Below are positions 28,820 through 39,374 of a DNA stretch of 64,000 bases, in pieces. Each line of letters opens with the position of its first letter. Position 1 is the first letter of the stretch. A program made the position numbers and the translations under genes. The notes below the pieces were generated by a model. The model was given only the letters and a program-made list of their open reading frames with translations, was not told the DNA's origin and made no database searches. The DNA is from an uncultured Acidobacteriota bacterium (lineage in GTDB: Bacteria > Acidobacteriota > Blastocatellia > RBC074), in NCBI GenBank assembly GCA_963796275.1, contig CAWCKY010000006.1, positions 1,728,001 to 1,792,000 on the forward strand, in the 5' to 3' direction.

Positions 28820-31800
28820 GACTTTTCGGTTGACTGTTTAATTAGATATAGTATTTATCTAGCTACCCATCTTGAGCAGTTGATCTTCACTTGCGTCCGT
28901 GGGATCAGCTGTGAAGAGGGGCTTTCTTCTTCATAGGCAGAGCTAGAGCCATTACCATCTCTTGGATATCCTCACGGGCAAGACGACCAACTTCCTCATT
29001 TCTTACATCAATAGAAATAGAAAAGCCTTCTGATACGTTAGCTGACTGCCGGCCTCACGTCAGATTTGAGCCAAGGAGCACTCCCCATGAATAATTATTG
29101 TCATTCCTGCGGCCCGATTGATGGATTCGTGTATCCAGACCTAAAGAAGTTAAAAGACACAGCGGCAAAATCACATCTCAATCAATCTCCTCTCTCCTGT
29201 TCGATATGTGTCTGCGATTTATTGATCGAATGTCAAATAGAACGGGAAGGATCAGTATCTCTGCCAAATCTCACTCGCACTCAGCAAGTTGAGCCGGCAA
29301 GAGCGGCTGTTATACCAACTTTGGTTTATATCTGAGCTAGATGCTAAGGAGATAGCTGCTCTCTTCAGGACCGAAGTCAAGATAATCTACAGACGCAAGC
29401 AAACACTTGTTTGCAAACTCATGAGGCTCGTGCAGAACTTCCGAGGTCGCTAAAGAAAAATTTCGCTGGCGAAGGTGAATTTACCCGCGAAATGTCTCTA
29501 TATACATGAAAGGTCAACAAACTGTCGGCGAGAGGTAGGTTACTCTTTGCTCGATCAGACAGTATGGAATTGCGACTGAGCGATGTTTCGCTCAGTAAGA
29601 TGTGGTGTGCGCGGTTACCGGTTGACCGCCGAGTTAACGGGATTAGCGGCAGCGCGGAGGCTGCTGGTAATATCCCAAACCACGGATCATCATTCGCCTA
29701 CCCATCGTATCGGGGAAAATCAGTGATCAATTCCCGAGCAGTTAGTATTTACTCCCATAACACATTCATTTGGGAAACCCGGCATGTCGCTGGCGATAAC
29801 AGCCGCCGCAAGACATGCCATTGAAGAGGTAGTGAATGCGAAGACAACATCTCCCCATCCTGACGGTATCGGCCTTTGGCTTAATCGCTATCTCTATCAT
29901 CCTGGCTGGAGCCTGGGAGATTCTTCCCGGAGCGCTCTCGCAAACCCCGGCTAACGCCACGCAAGAGCAAGTCTCGCCCGCCGAACTCGCGGGGGCCGTC
30001 GCAGAGCAGAGACTGGCCGCCGCACTGCTGACCCGCAGCGCCTCATTCGACGAAAGATTCAACAAATTGAGCGAGAGAGCGCTGAGGAAGGGAACCGTGC
30101 CGTTGATCCTCAGGGTGCGGGCCGCGTTTCAGCCCGAAGGCCAACTTTTGAATGCGGCACAACGATTGGCGCAGCGCAGCGTAATCCAAGAAGCGCAGGA
30201 GCGATTACTGGCCGAGCTAAGGTACGTGCCGTCATCGCTCAAGAGATATAAATATATTCCTTACCTTGCGGCGGTGGTCGATACCGCAGGCCTGGCACAG
30301 CTCCAATCATCGGGCAATGTGTTGGAAGTGATCGAGGACAGGTCGCTGAAATTGACCACGGGGGATAGCCTTCCGCTGGTGGGAGCGACAACGTCCTGGG
30401 CCGGCGGATATACGGGGAACAATAAGACTATCGCCATCCTCGACAGCGGTGTGGACAAGACACATCCGGATTTAACAGGCAAGGTCGTCTCCGAAGCATG
30501 TTACTCCACCGGCAATCTGACAGATTACGAATCCCTTTGCCCGGGCGGAGGTCCATCTTCCACAGCGGTAGGCTCCGGAATTCCGTGTACCGATGTGCCC
30601 GGCCTGGTGGGCGGCTGCTACCACGGAACCCATATCGCGGGAACGGCGGCAGGGCGAACGGGTGTCGCCATTAACGCGAACATCATCTCCATTCAGGTAA
30701 TGTCACATGTTACCGATCAGTTTGAATGCGGCAACGAGAGTTGTCTGCGAGCGAAAACCTCCGACACTTTGCTTGCCCTGGAGCGCGTTTATGAACTGAG
30801 CAGCAACCCCACATACAATATCGCTGCGGTTAATATCAGTCTGGTGACCGACGCCCCCATGGAAAAATATAGTGACCACTGCGACGAGGTAGACAGCTCG
30901 CTTACGGCCATTATCAATCAGTTGAAGTCGGTGGGGATCGCCACGGTAGTCGCAGCCGGCAATTATGGCTTTACAGACGGTCTAAGTTTTCCCGCCTGTA
31001 TCTCATCCGTCATCAACGTCGCCGCCACGGGGGACGGCAGCAGTTCAGGGACGACTACAGATAGGGTGATTCCCGATTCAAACAGTGCTGATTTTCTCAA
31101 GCTGCTTGCCCCCGGCGGCGCCATCACCGCGCCCATACCGGGCGGCGGATACGCTACCGGAGTGGGCACTTCGCAGGCGGCGGCTCACGTGTCGGGAGCC
31201 ATGGCCTTACTAAGGCAAGAACTTCCCATCGGTGCTAATAATACTGTTTGGTTTGATGATGGCTTGCCTGCGGGCGCCACGCCGTGGCCTGCCGACACTG
31301 CGACTGGAGGCGTGGTTGAATCATGGAACTGGGTGACGGCAAATCCGGCGCCAAACTCCGGAACTCAGTCACATCAATCGTCCGTGGCGCCAGGGATACG
31401 ACAGCATTACTTTATGGGCGCTACATCTAGGTTACAGGTAGGGACAGGAGAAATGCTCTATGCCTGGGTCTATCTTGATCCGGCAAGTATGCCTTCTGAA
31501 ATAATGCTCCAATGGAATGACGGTGCGAGCTGGGAGCATCGAGCATATTGGGGGGCGAATATCATAGGTTGGGGTCAAGATGGAACACCAGCGCGGATAA
31601 ATATGGGGAGGCTGCCGGAAGCTGGGAGATGGATCAAGTTGGTAGTTCCCGCTCATGCGGTTGGGTTGGAAGGTGTAGCAGTAAATGGAATGGCATTTTC
31701 ACAATATGGAGGGCGAGTGACATGGGATCAGACGGGAAAAGCCTCCGCGTCAGTTGACGATTTACTGACTCTATTAAGAAGCACTGGCGTGCCAGTGACA

Positions 31801-31928
31801 GATACACGCCCTGACGCAAATAATCGCTCTGTGCCGCGGATCAGAATCGGCGCGGCCATGGGTATAAATCCGCCGGATGAAAGTTGGCTCGGAGCATATT
31901 TCAATAATCCCGATTTGACGGGAGAGCC
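28820..31928 (+). repeat. Long direct repeat, copy 2
   Basis: Aligns with ~17510-20990 apart from a deletion in the ECF gene. Confidence 0.92.
29087..29453 (+). pseudogene. ECF sigma paralog lacking sigma2 (deletion plus frameshift)
   Basis: Begins MNNYCHSCGPIDG, then joins directly to gcactcagcaagttgagccgg at ~29277. About 360 bp of copy 1 (~17978-18337) is absent. Confidence 0.88.
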
Positions 31929-33132
31929 GGTATTGGTAAGAAACGACGGCATGGGATTCATCGACCGTAATTTTGGTGAGGCGAGCCCCGCTCCCGGAAT
32001 TGCTACAAACGACTACTCGATCCGCTGGACGCGCAACCTCACGGCAACCGCCGGGACCTATCGCTTCTCGCTCACCGGTACTAACAGGATGATGCTCTAC
32101 ATCGACGACGCCTTGCAGATCAATCAATTGGTGAATGGGACTGTGGCGACCAGCTATAACGTCGATGTGAACCTGTCGGCGGGCACTCATCGGATTAAGT
32201 TGGAATATTTCCAGACTGAGGGCGATGCGATGGTGCGCTTGAGATGGAAGTTATTCGATCCCACCTGTTCGCAGACGGTAGCGGCTGAGCGCTGGAAGGG
32301 CGAGTATTTCAACAATATAAATCTTGCCGGCAGCCCGGCGATGGTGAGCGATGAGGGCGTGGGGGATCTGGACAAGAGATTCGGGGTGGGCAGTCCCAAC
32401 CCGGCCTGCGCTATGTTTGACGACCGATTCTCGGCGCGCTGGACGAGGTGGGTGGAGTTGGCCGCGGGACCGCATCGATTCTTCGTCGGAGGAGATGACG
32501 GAGTGCGGTTCTATCTAAACGGAACGCGATTGGTGGATAGGTGGGTGGATCAGGGGTATACGGTCTATACGACCGAGGTCAATATCCCCATCCAAGGCAA
32601 TTACAAACTTGAACTGGAGTTTTATGATAACGGATTGGATGCCCGGGCCAGTGTTAGATGGGATTCGGTGAATCCGCCGGCAAACCTGATAGCCACCGCG
32701 GTGTCGGCCACACGGATCAACTTGAGCTGGATCGACGGCAATAGCATTGAGGATGGATTCAAAATAGAGCGGTGGAACGGCAGCAGTTTTGTCCAGCTTA
32801 ACACGGTGGGCGCCAATGTTACGACGTATGCCGATTCGGGGCTTACCCCCTCAACCAACTACCGCTATCGTGTTAGGGCTTTTAACAGTATTGGGAACTC
32901 AGGTTATTCCAATGAAAGCAGCGCGACAACATTGCCACCGCCGACACCACCACATTCTTGCCCTCAATCCTGCACGAATCCCCCCCTTGAATGTTATGCT
33001 GGCAACTATGATCCTTGTAGGTATCCTGGCACTGGATGTCCGTCTGGCAGTTTCAACATTGGCAATGGTTGCTGTAGATATCCTTTCGGGTGCGCTTCTT
33101 CTTTAGAACGACGGCAAAACCGCAAAAAATAA
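29836..33132 (+). CDS. Secreted S8 subtilase paralog: two PA14 domains, FN3 domain, Cys-rich tail
   Basis: First ~690 aa nearly identical to 18898-22269. FN3 motifs PPANL...INLSW...YADSGLTPSTNYRYRVRAFN...YSN, then a tail with 8 Cys. Confidence 0.9.
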   Translation: MRRQHLPILTVSAFGLIAISIILAGAWEILPGALSQTPANATQEQVSPAELAGAVAEQRLAAALLTRSASFDERFNKLSERALRKGTVPLILRVRAAFQPEGQLLNAAQRLAQRSVIQEAQERLLAELRYVPSSLKRYKYIPYLAAVVDTAGLAQLQSSGNVLEVIEDRSLKLTTGDSLPLVGATTSWAGGYTGNNKTIAILDSGVDKTHPDLTGKVVSEACYSTGNLTDYESLCPGGGPSSTAVGSGIPCTDVPGLVGGCYHGTHIAGTAAGRTGVAINANIISIQVMSHVTDQFECGNESCLRAKTSDTLLALERVYELSSNPTYNIAAVNISLVTDAPMEKYSDHCDEVDSSLTAIINQLKSVGIATVVAAGNYGFTDGLSFPACISSVINVAATGDGSSSGTTTDRVIPDSNSADFLKLLAPGGAITAPIPGGGYATGVGTSQAAAHVSGAMALLRQELPIGANNTVWFDDGLPAGATPWPADTATGGVVESWNWVTANPAPNSGTQSHQSSVAPGIRQHYFMGATSRLQVGTGEMLYAWVYLDPASMPSEIMLQWNDGASWEHRAYWGANIIGWGQDGTPARINMGRLPEAGRWIKLVVPAHAVGLEGVAVNGMAFSQYGGRVTWDQTGKASASVDDLLTLLRSTGVPVTDTRPDANNRSVPRIRIGAAMGINPPDESWLGAYFNNPDLTGEPVLVRNDGMGFIDRNFGEASPAPGIATNDYSIRWTRNLTATAGTYRFSLTGTNRMMLYIDDALQINQLVNGTVATSYNVDVNLSAGTHRIKLEYFQTEGDAMVRLRWKLFDPTCSQTVAAERWKGEYFNNINLAGSPAMVSDEGVGDLDKRFGVGSPNPACAMFDDRFSARWTRWVELAAGPHRFFVGGDDGVRFYLNGTRLVDRWVDQGYTVYTTEVNIPIQGNYKLELEFYDNGLDARASVRWDSVNPPANLIATAVSATRINLSWIDGNSIEDGFKIERWNGSSFVQLNTVGANVTTYADSGLTPSTNYRYRVRAFNSIGNSGYSNESSATTLPPPTPPHSCPQSCTNPPLECYAGNYDPCRYPGTGCPSGSFNIGNGCCRYPFGCASSLERRQNRKK

Positions 33133-33314
33133 GGCTTTTCCGCAAAATTGCCGCCCCATATAAGTTATTTTTTGGAGATATGACTATGAGGCAATAGCTA
33201 GACGTGAAAAATATGTGGCGTATTGGTTCTTCTACTCGGGATCCATTGTAAGGACTCGAAGCTAACAGATGAATACGGCAGCCGAAAGGTATTAAGCATG
33301 CTCATGGGAAAAAT

Positions 33315-33679
33315 CTCTACATCGACGATCAATTGAAGATCATCAGTGGTTGCCAGCTGCAGGCACGCATACAGTAGCCAATGTTTCCTGGGCGCTCTGC
33401 CAGACCAGCATCATCGTCATATGTCCCGGCGCCTACTAGACGCCTAATCAGGGTGGGCTGGCTGTGAACTCTCAGTCGAACACGGGGCACGGAAGCACGG
33501 ATACATTATCGACGGTCGATGTTCCTGGAGGATGGAATTCCGGATCTATTTCTGCCGCCAAGTCGGCTCGGTGGTCATCTTTTCAATCGGTTTCGGGCGT
33601 GATTAGTACCAGGCTGAAGTTCGATTGGTCGATTAGCGGTTACGCAAGCGCGCAAGACAGTGTCGGCGGGAGCGCCTAG
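33315..33679 (+). pseudogene. Decayed orphan cassette homologous to the C-terminus of subtilase 1
   Basis: ANVSWALCQTSII..PGAY*TP...AVNSQSNTGHG...KSARWSSFQSVSG...LKFDWSISG, compared with ANVSWCLFQTGIV..PGVYLTP...AVTSPSNTGHG...KSCQWYAFQAVSG...LKFDWSING. Confidence 0.8.
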
Positions 33680-33779
33680 TCTAATTGGGGTTAATATTGC
33701 CTTCTCTATTGTAGAGAGAACGATTTGGAGTAACACCATAACTTTGGTTGTCTCTTCCATCATCGAAGGAGTTAATCGT

Positions 33780-36620
33780 ATGTTTCCTCGCGTGTGTGTC
33801 ATTCTTTTCTCAGTTCTTAGGTTCACTTTTCATATCCCTCACATCGCTCTATCTATTATTCGTCCATTTCATTTTACTAGTTTTTCATTAATTACTCTTC
33901 TTGTCATTACCACCTTCATTGCCCCCAGAGTGAATGCGCAATCCGGGACAATCTATGATGGCTATACTCCTACCGGCGTGGCGCCGGGGTCTCCTACCGG
34001 ATCGTATGCGGTCAGTGACCTGGAAGATATCAACCTGTTTAACGGCCATTTGAATTTGAACTTCCCATTGTTGAGAGTTGGCGGGCGTGGGGCGATTGGG
34101 CATACGGTCTTGTTGAATATTCAACCACTCCCGTGGCACATCAGGCCGGTCTTTTTTCTGCCAGGCAATGAACTTGATATAGCCAGTGACATTAGTTACG
34201 AACCCTTAGTTAAATATGGCCCAGGCGCTTTGCGCGTTCAACACGGGGTGGTTGGTGATCTATCCCCGTGCGATGGCACCCAATGGGTCTCAACCCTAGC
34301 CCGGCTAGTATTCTATACCTCGGATGGCACACAGCTCCGGCTTCATGACCAGGTATATCAAGGAAAAGCCGTAAGTCATCGCTGCTCGGATCATCCTGGC
34401 CCAAACCGTGGGAGAGTGTTCGTCAGCGCTGATGGCGGGTCTATGACATTCATATCCGATACCGACGTTATTGATCCGCCACCAGCTGTTAGTGGAATAG
34501 GCAACACTATATCGGGCAATCTGATGATGAAGGACGGCACTCTTTATCGTATCGATGTTGGTAATGTCAGTTTTATTCGCGATCGGAATGGCAATAAAAT
34601 CAACTTCACGTATCAAGGTTCCCTTGGCCAGGTAACTTCGATCACCGATTCGCTAAACCGGCAGGTCACGATCTCTTATGCCGATCAGGGCGTACCATAC
34701 GATACAATAACCTTTGATGGCTTTGGCGATGCTAACCGGGCAATTAAGGTCTGGTACAGTCCGTTGCAAGCAGTGCTTCGACCTGACTTCGCGATTAAAA
34801 CGTATAAGCAACTGTTTCCAACACCGGACGCAAATTGGGGTGGACCCTATGACGGCAACGAAATTTTTAACCCAGGACGTGTTTCAAAAATTGAACTGCC
34901 CAACCAGAAAGCCTATGAGTTGTATTATAACTCTTATGGTGAACTCGCGCGCTTAATCCTGCCCACGGGAGGCGGCGTTGACTATGATTATGTGAATGGA
35001 CACCGTGCCGGGCTCATGCTCAGTCGCCGGTTAAGCAAACGCACAAGCTATACAACCTTGACCTCCACAACCAATCCATCTAACCCGCCGCCAGGAACTG
35101 TGGAAGGCAAACAATTTTACAGTATGACCATCATTTCCCATGGTACGGGCGTTCCTGAAACTGTTGTTACAGTGGAGCACAAAGATGCCGGGAATCTTCT
35201 TTTGGCTCAAGAAAAACACTATTTCTATGCCTTTGCTACGGAGGAGGCTGGCGGGTGTCTACCTACTCTCTATTCACCCTGGTATTCAGGCCGAGAGTTC
35301 AAAACAGAAAGATACAGTGTCACCAATGGAGCTTTGGGAAGTGTGTTAAAGAGAATAGAGCATACGTGGTATCCAAATTTACCATCTATCCACTACGTTT
35401 GCCATCAGAATGTAAATGTAGACCCTGCCCCGAATCCGAGAATCATCCAGACCACTACTACCCTGTTGGACACCAACCAGGTGACCAGGCAGACTTTCAC
35501 TCATGATCAATACAACAACGTGGTCGAAGTTGATGAATATGGTTACGGTAACGGTGCGCCTGGCCCATTGATTCGGCGCACATATACTTCATATCTCACG
35601 AACAATCCCTGGCAGAATAACGTGAATTATGCAACCGATCCCAATATTCACATCAGGGACCTCCCGACCCAGATTTCTATCTTCGATAACAATGACACTG
35701 AATTCTCGAGAATGTCTTTTTACTATGATGTATATAGTCAAGCTCCACTCCAAGATTGCCCAAACATTGTTCAGCATGATGGTGGGTTTAATACCGAATA
35801 TGGCCCGCGCGGCAATCTGGTCAAGACAACCAAGGTAACCGATTTTGATCAAGCCGCAAATAATATTGACAATTACTTCCATTATGACATCGCCGGCAAT
35901 GTAGTTAAGACGATTGATGGGCGAGGATTCCCAATAGATTACGAATTCACTGACCGCTTCGGCTCGCCGGATGACGACGCACAGGAGAACACGCCGCCCA
36001 CCCAACTGAATGAGCAAATGACCTATGCGTTTCCCACTAAAGTCACCAACGCGCTCGAGCATACGACATATGCCCAATACGATTATTACATCGGCAAGCC
36101 CGTTAATGTGGAAGACACCAATGGGGTCGTCAGCAGCATTGCTTACAATGATACTCTCGACCGCCCGACCCTGAACATTCAGGCGAGATATATTGTAGGC
36201 AGCATACCAGCTATGAGAAGGCAGGCGGCTTTCACCTATGACGATGTGAATCGCGTGATCTCGACGACCATTGACCGTGCCAAATTCAACGACGATACCC
36301 CCTTGACCAGCAAATCTTATTACGTCGGCCTCGGCAGAAACTGGCGCAGTGCAGCATATGAAGGCTCCACCTGGGCAATCACAGACAAGCAGGCGGCTTC
36401 CCGTCTTCCCCACTACCGGGACAAACGGGGCACAGTTCTTTACCTTCCTGATACTATTTACTTATATACATCATCATGGTCAGAGGCAGACAAGGCCACG
36501 GAGAGAAGAGCAAACATTGACAGGTTTCTGGAAAGGCCACGTTATGCAGGGGGGACATATAGCCTTACGCCAAACAGGCAGGGAGGAAAGAGCTTTAGAC
36601 GTGGTGCTCGTAGATTTTAA
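33780..36620 (+). pseudogene. Second RHS protein, N-terminal half only; core deleted in frame
   Basis: ATG 33780 follows GAAGGAG. Signal-like segment ending VNAQ, then INLFNGHLN and YD-type repeats. No DHLGS or DPxG core. Sequence character changes after AITDKQ (~36390). Confidence 0.8.
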
Positions 36621-36633
36621 GGGGAGGGTATTT

Positions 36634-37170
36634 ATGAAAAGGTTTCTTTCTTTCTTCACCGTTTTCTTCATTGTGATTGTTGTAGTTGTGTCAGCCCAGA
36701 CTAGACAGCCCATTAAACATTCATCTGAAATCCGCCTGTCTAGTGATAAGCCGAGTGTTTACATCTCCTATGTGCGGTCTGGGAAGCGTGAGCCTCTTAG
36801 GGCAGATGAAAGTGATGAAGGGATATGGCTACGACTTCACAACAATACGAAATGGACAATCATTTTCCCGGCTTTTGATGTTCCAGAAACACATGGAGAC
36901 GTTGGGATGTTCTACATCCTCGAATCGGTCTCAGCAGGAATCACTGATATACCCAAGGGAAATGAGATAAGAGGTGCACATTCTACAGATGAGTTGGGGC
37001 CTGGAGAATCAATTGTGTTCAGTGTACCTCGCGAGCATCTTCCCAAGAAGGCTGTGTTGCGGGTGAGTTTCAGCTACGAGTGGGAAGATCGGGCTGATGT
37101 TTTTGCGGGTAGAGAGGTCGAACACATCGCCTCCTTTTATGCGTCAAAGCTCCCAGGGCTGAAGCAGTGA
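36634..37170 (+). CDS. Secreted protein, probable immunity partner of RHS2
   Basis: GGGGAGGG RBS right after the RHS2 stop; signal peptide MKRFLSFFTVFFIVIVVVVSAQ; 178 aa. Confidence 0.65.
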   Translation: MKRFLSFFTVFFIVIVVVVSAQTRQPIKHSSEIRLSSDKPSVYISYVRSGKREPLRADESDEGIWLRLHNNTKWTIIFPAFDVPETHGDVGMFYILESVSAGITDIPKGNEIRGAHSTDELGPGESIVFSVPREHLPKKAVLRVSFSYEWEDRADVFAGREVEHIASFYASKLPGLKQ

Positions 37171-37184
37171 TAATTAAAGCAAAT

Positions 37185-37237
37185 GGGGAGTCGGAGGTCG
37201 GCTGATAACGCGTGTTATCATCTGCCCGGCTTCCATT
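37185..37237. repeat. Hairpin downstream of the immunity gene
   Basis: TGATAAC-gcgt-GTTATCA core with outer arms atggggagtcgg and ccggcttccat. Confidence 0.4.
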
Positions 37238-37401
37238 GTCCACCCCCCTCGCGCAGCGGCTGCGGTCGCGGCTCGCGCGCTCCCTTCGCCGAACATCCCC
37301 GCATATGGGCTCCAGGCGGCGAGAATTTTACGGCTGGGCTTTCGGCTACGGCTGCAGTCCGAGCAGTTCATCGGTGGTCATTCCAAAGCCAATGAATTTA
37401 G

Positions 37402-37430
37402 CCGTGCGTTTTAACAGTTTTAACGCACGG
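37402..37430. repeat. REP-like palindrome
   Basis: CCGTGCGTT...AACGCACGG, with a duplicated gttttaac in the centre. Confidence 0.45.
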
Positions 37431-37909
37431 AAAGCCAGTAAAACGCTCCGCGTCGTGGTGCACATTACCAACAACACAACAAGCAATGTAGTCAACGTCA
37501 GGTCGAAGGAGAACGGCTCGAATCAAACAAGCCTGGTCATTACGCCATAAATAGGCTGAGCATGGTGATCTCACCAGAGCAAGACCTACCGGTTAAGATT
37601 GAGCAAGTCCTGCCGCGCACCGAGAGGGACACCTTTCAAATGAAATGATCCTTATAGTTTATTATAGTATTTGACGATATTTATAGCCCCGCGCGTTATC
37701 CTTTAGTCGATTTGCGGCGGATCAACGACTCATAGTATTTTAAGGCAACATTTGGATTGACCGTAAACGCCGTTTCAATCCCAACTGCGTTATTATTCAA
37801 GCTTTCGGACCCGTTCCTGAAAGACCGAGCATTTCATTATGACCGGCATGGTCAGCCACGCGTTTGAGCTGGCGGTCGAAGTCAAATAACTGTATTGGAG
37901 GCTCGTTCG

Positions 37910-39169
37910 ATGAAGCATATAGCTTACCTGTTTGCGTCGCTCCTGCTCATTGCGGGTATCGTCAACGCTCAGAACTGGCCGCAGTTTCGCGGGCCGAACG
38001 TTCAAGGACATTCATCCGAAACCGGCCTTCCGCTTAAATGGAGCGCCACCGAGAACATCGCATGGAAGACTGAACTGCCTGGAGAATCCTGGTCTTCTCC
38101 CATCGTCTGGGGCGACCGAGTATTTGTAACCACCACGACCGAGGGCGGCGTCAGTTGCCGAGTCATGGCCATCGATCGAAATGGGGGCGCGATCCTCTGG
38201 AATAAGGAAGTCTTCAAACAGGCCATTCGGCGTAAAGAGGGCCGTAACAGTTACGCTACGCCTACCCCCGCGACAGACGGCAAGTTTATCTACACCTGTT
38301 TTGGTGATGGCAGTTTCGCGGCGCTCGATTTCGATGGCCGCATTGTCTGGATTAATCGTGATTACCAATTTTACGGTCAACATGGCCTGGGGACATCGCT
38401 TCTCCTGCATGACGGGCTTGTCATTATGGCGCGCGATGGCAGCAGTGACGGTCAGGACAAAAAAATCGGCTGGCAAATCCCCTGGGACAAATCCTACATT
38501 GTCGCGCTCGATGGAAAAACAGGTAAGGAGAGATGGAAGGCCATGCGTGGTCTTTCCAGAATTTCTCATGGCACGCCAGCGATCTGGAAAGCGCCGGATG
38601 GACGCGCGCAGGTCATCAGCGAAGCGGGAGATGTATTGCAAAGCTTCGATCTCAAAACCGGCAAGCGATTGTGGAGCAGCGAAGTGATTGGCGAGGGAAA
38701 AACTCCATCAGTTGTACTCGGCGATGGGCTTGCCTTCACTTCCGGTGGTTGGGGAGGCAAAGAAAGCATAAAGGCCTTCCGGTTGAGTGGATCGGGCGAC
38801 CTCAAGGAGTCGAACCTCGTCTGGGAACAGCGTAAGGGGATGCCTAAAGTTCCATCCATGATTTATGTGAAACCTCATCTGTTCGCCATCACCGACGGCG
38901 GCATCGCCACGTGTATGAAAGCGGACACTGGAGAATTGGTCTGGCAACAGCGCCTGGCTGGCAAATTCTCCGCGTCGCCGGTGGCGGCTGAGGGGCGTGT
39001 CTATTTTGTAGGCGACGACGGCGAGACAACTGTTATTGAGGCCGGTCCTGAGTTCAAAATGCTGGCGAAGAATCCCCTCGAAGCGAATGTCCAGGCTTCA
39101 CCAGCCATCTCGCATGGGAGGATCTACATTCGCACCGAGAGACATCTATTCGCTATCGGCCGGAAATAA
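37910..39169 (+). CDS. PQQ-like (BamB-type) beta-propeller secreted protein
   Basis: Signal peptide, NWPQFRGP, WSSPIVWGDRVF, repeated D..TG...W motifs, ASPAIS.GRIYIRT. Confidence 0.9.
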   Translation: MKHIAYLFASLLLIAGIVNAQNWPQFRGPNVQGHSSETGLPLKWSATENIAWKTELPGESWSSPIVWGDRVFVTTTTEGGVSCRVMAIDRNGGAILWNKEVFKQAIRRKEGRNSYATPTPATDGKFIYTCFGDGSFAALDFDGRIVWINRDYQFYGQHGLGTSLLLHDGLVIMARDGSSDGQDKKIGWQIPWDKSYIVALDGKTGKERWKAMRGLSRISHGTPAIWKAPDGRAQVISEAGDVLQSFDLKTGKRLWSSEVIGEGKTPSVVLGDGLAFTSGGWGGKESIKAFRLSGSGDLKESNLVWEQRKGMPKVPSMIYVKPHLFAITDGGIATCMKADTGELVWQQRLAGKFSASPVAAEGRVYFVGDDGETTVIEAGPEFKMLAKNPLEANVQASPAISHGRIYIRTERHLFAIGRK

Positions 39170-39326
39170 GACCGAATCTTACGAATAAATGGTTATTGAA
39201 TGGTTATTGATTGTAAAGCGCAGCCTTTTGAGTTTAGGCGCTAGCGGCAAATCTTCGTATGGGTGCTTCGCCAACTCTATTGAGATATTATCACCGCTAT
39301 CGGCGAGAGCCGGCGTTAGAAATGAA

Positions 39327-39362
39327 GTAAGAACCTAATTGTTCAGGTAAGAACTTAATTGT
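39327..39362 (+). promoter_or_regulatory. 16-bp direct repeat, candidate operator of umuC
   Basis: GTAAGAACCTAATTGT (39327) and GTAAGAACTTAATTGT (39347), 20-bp period, ending 12 nt before the ATG. Confidence 0.55.
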
Positions 39363-39374
39363 CTGTGAATAACT

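Noticed and set aside
29564-29824. 86-aa ORF in the subtilase leader
   Set aside because: The equivalent frame in copy 1 has a stop (cggtaa); a structured RNA explains the conservation better.
18898-33132. Diversity-generating retroelement explaining the near-identical repeats
   Set aside because: No reverse transcriptase is present and the differences are not adenine-specific.
33660-33779. Upstream GTG start for RHS2, and 36349 start for the downstream gene
   Set aside because: Better RBS-ATG pairs exist at 33780 and 36634.
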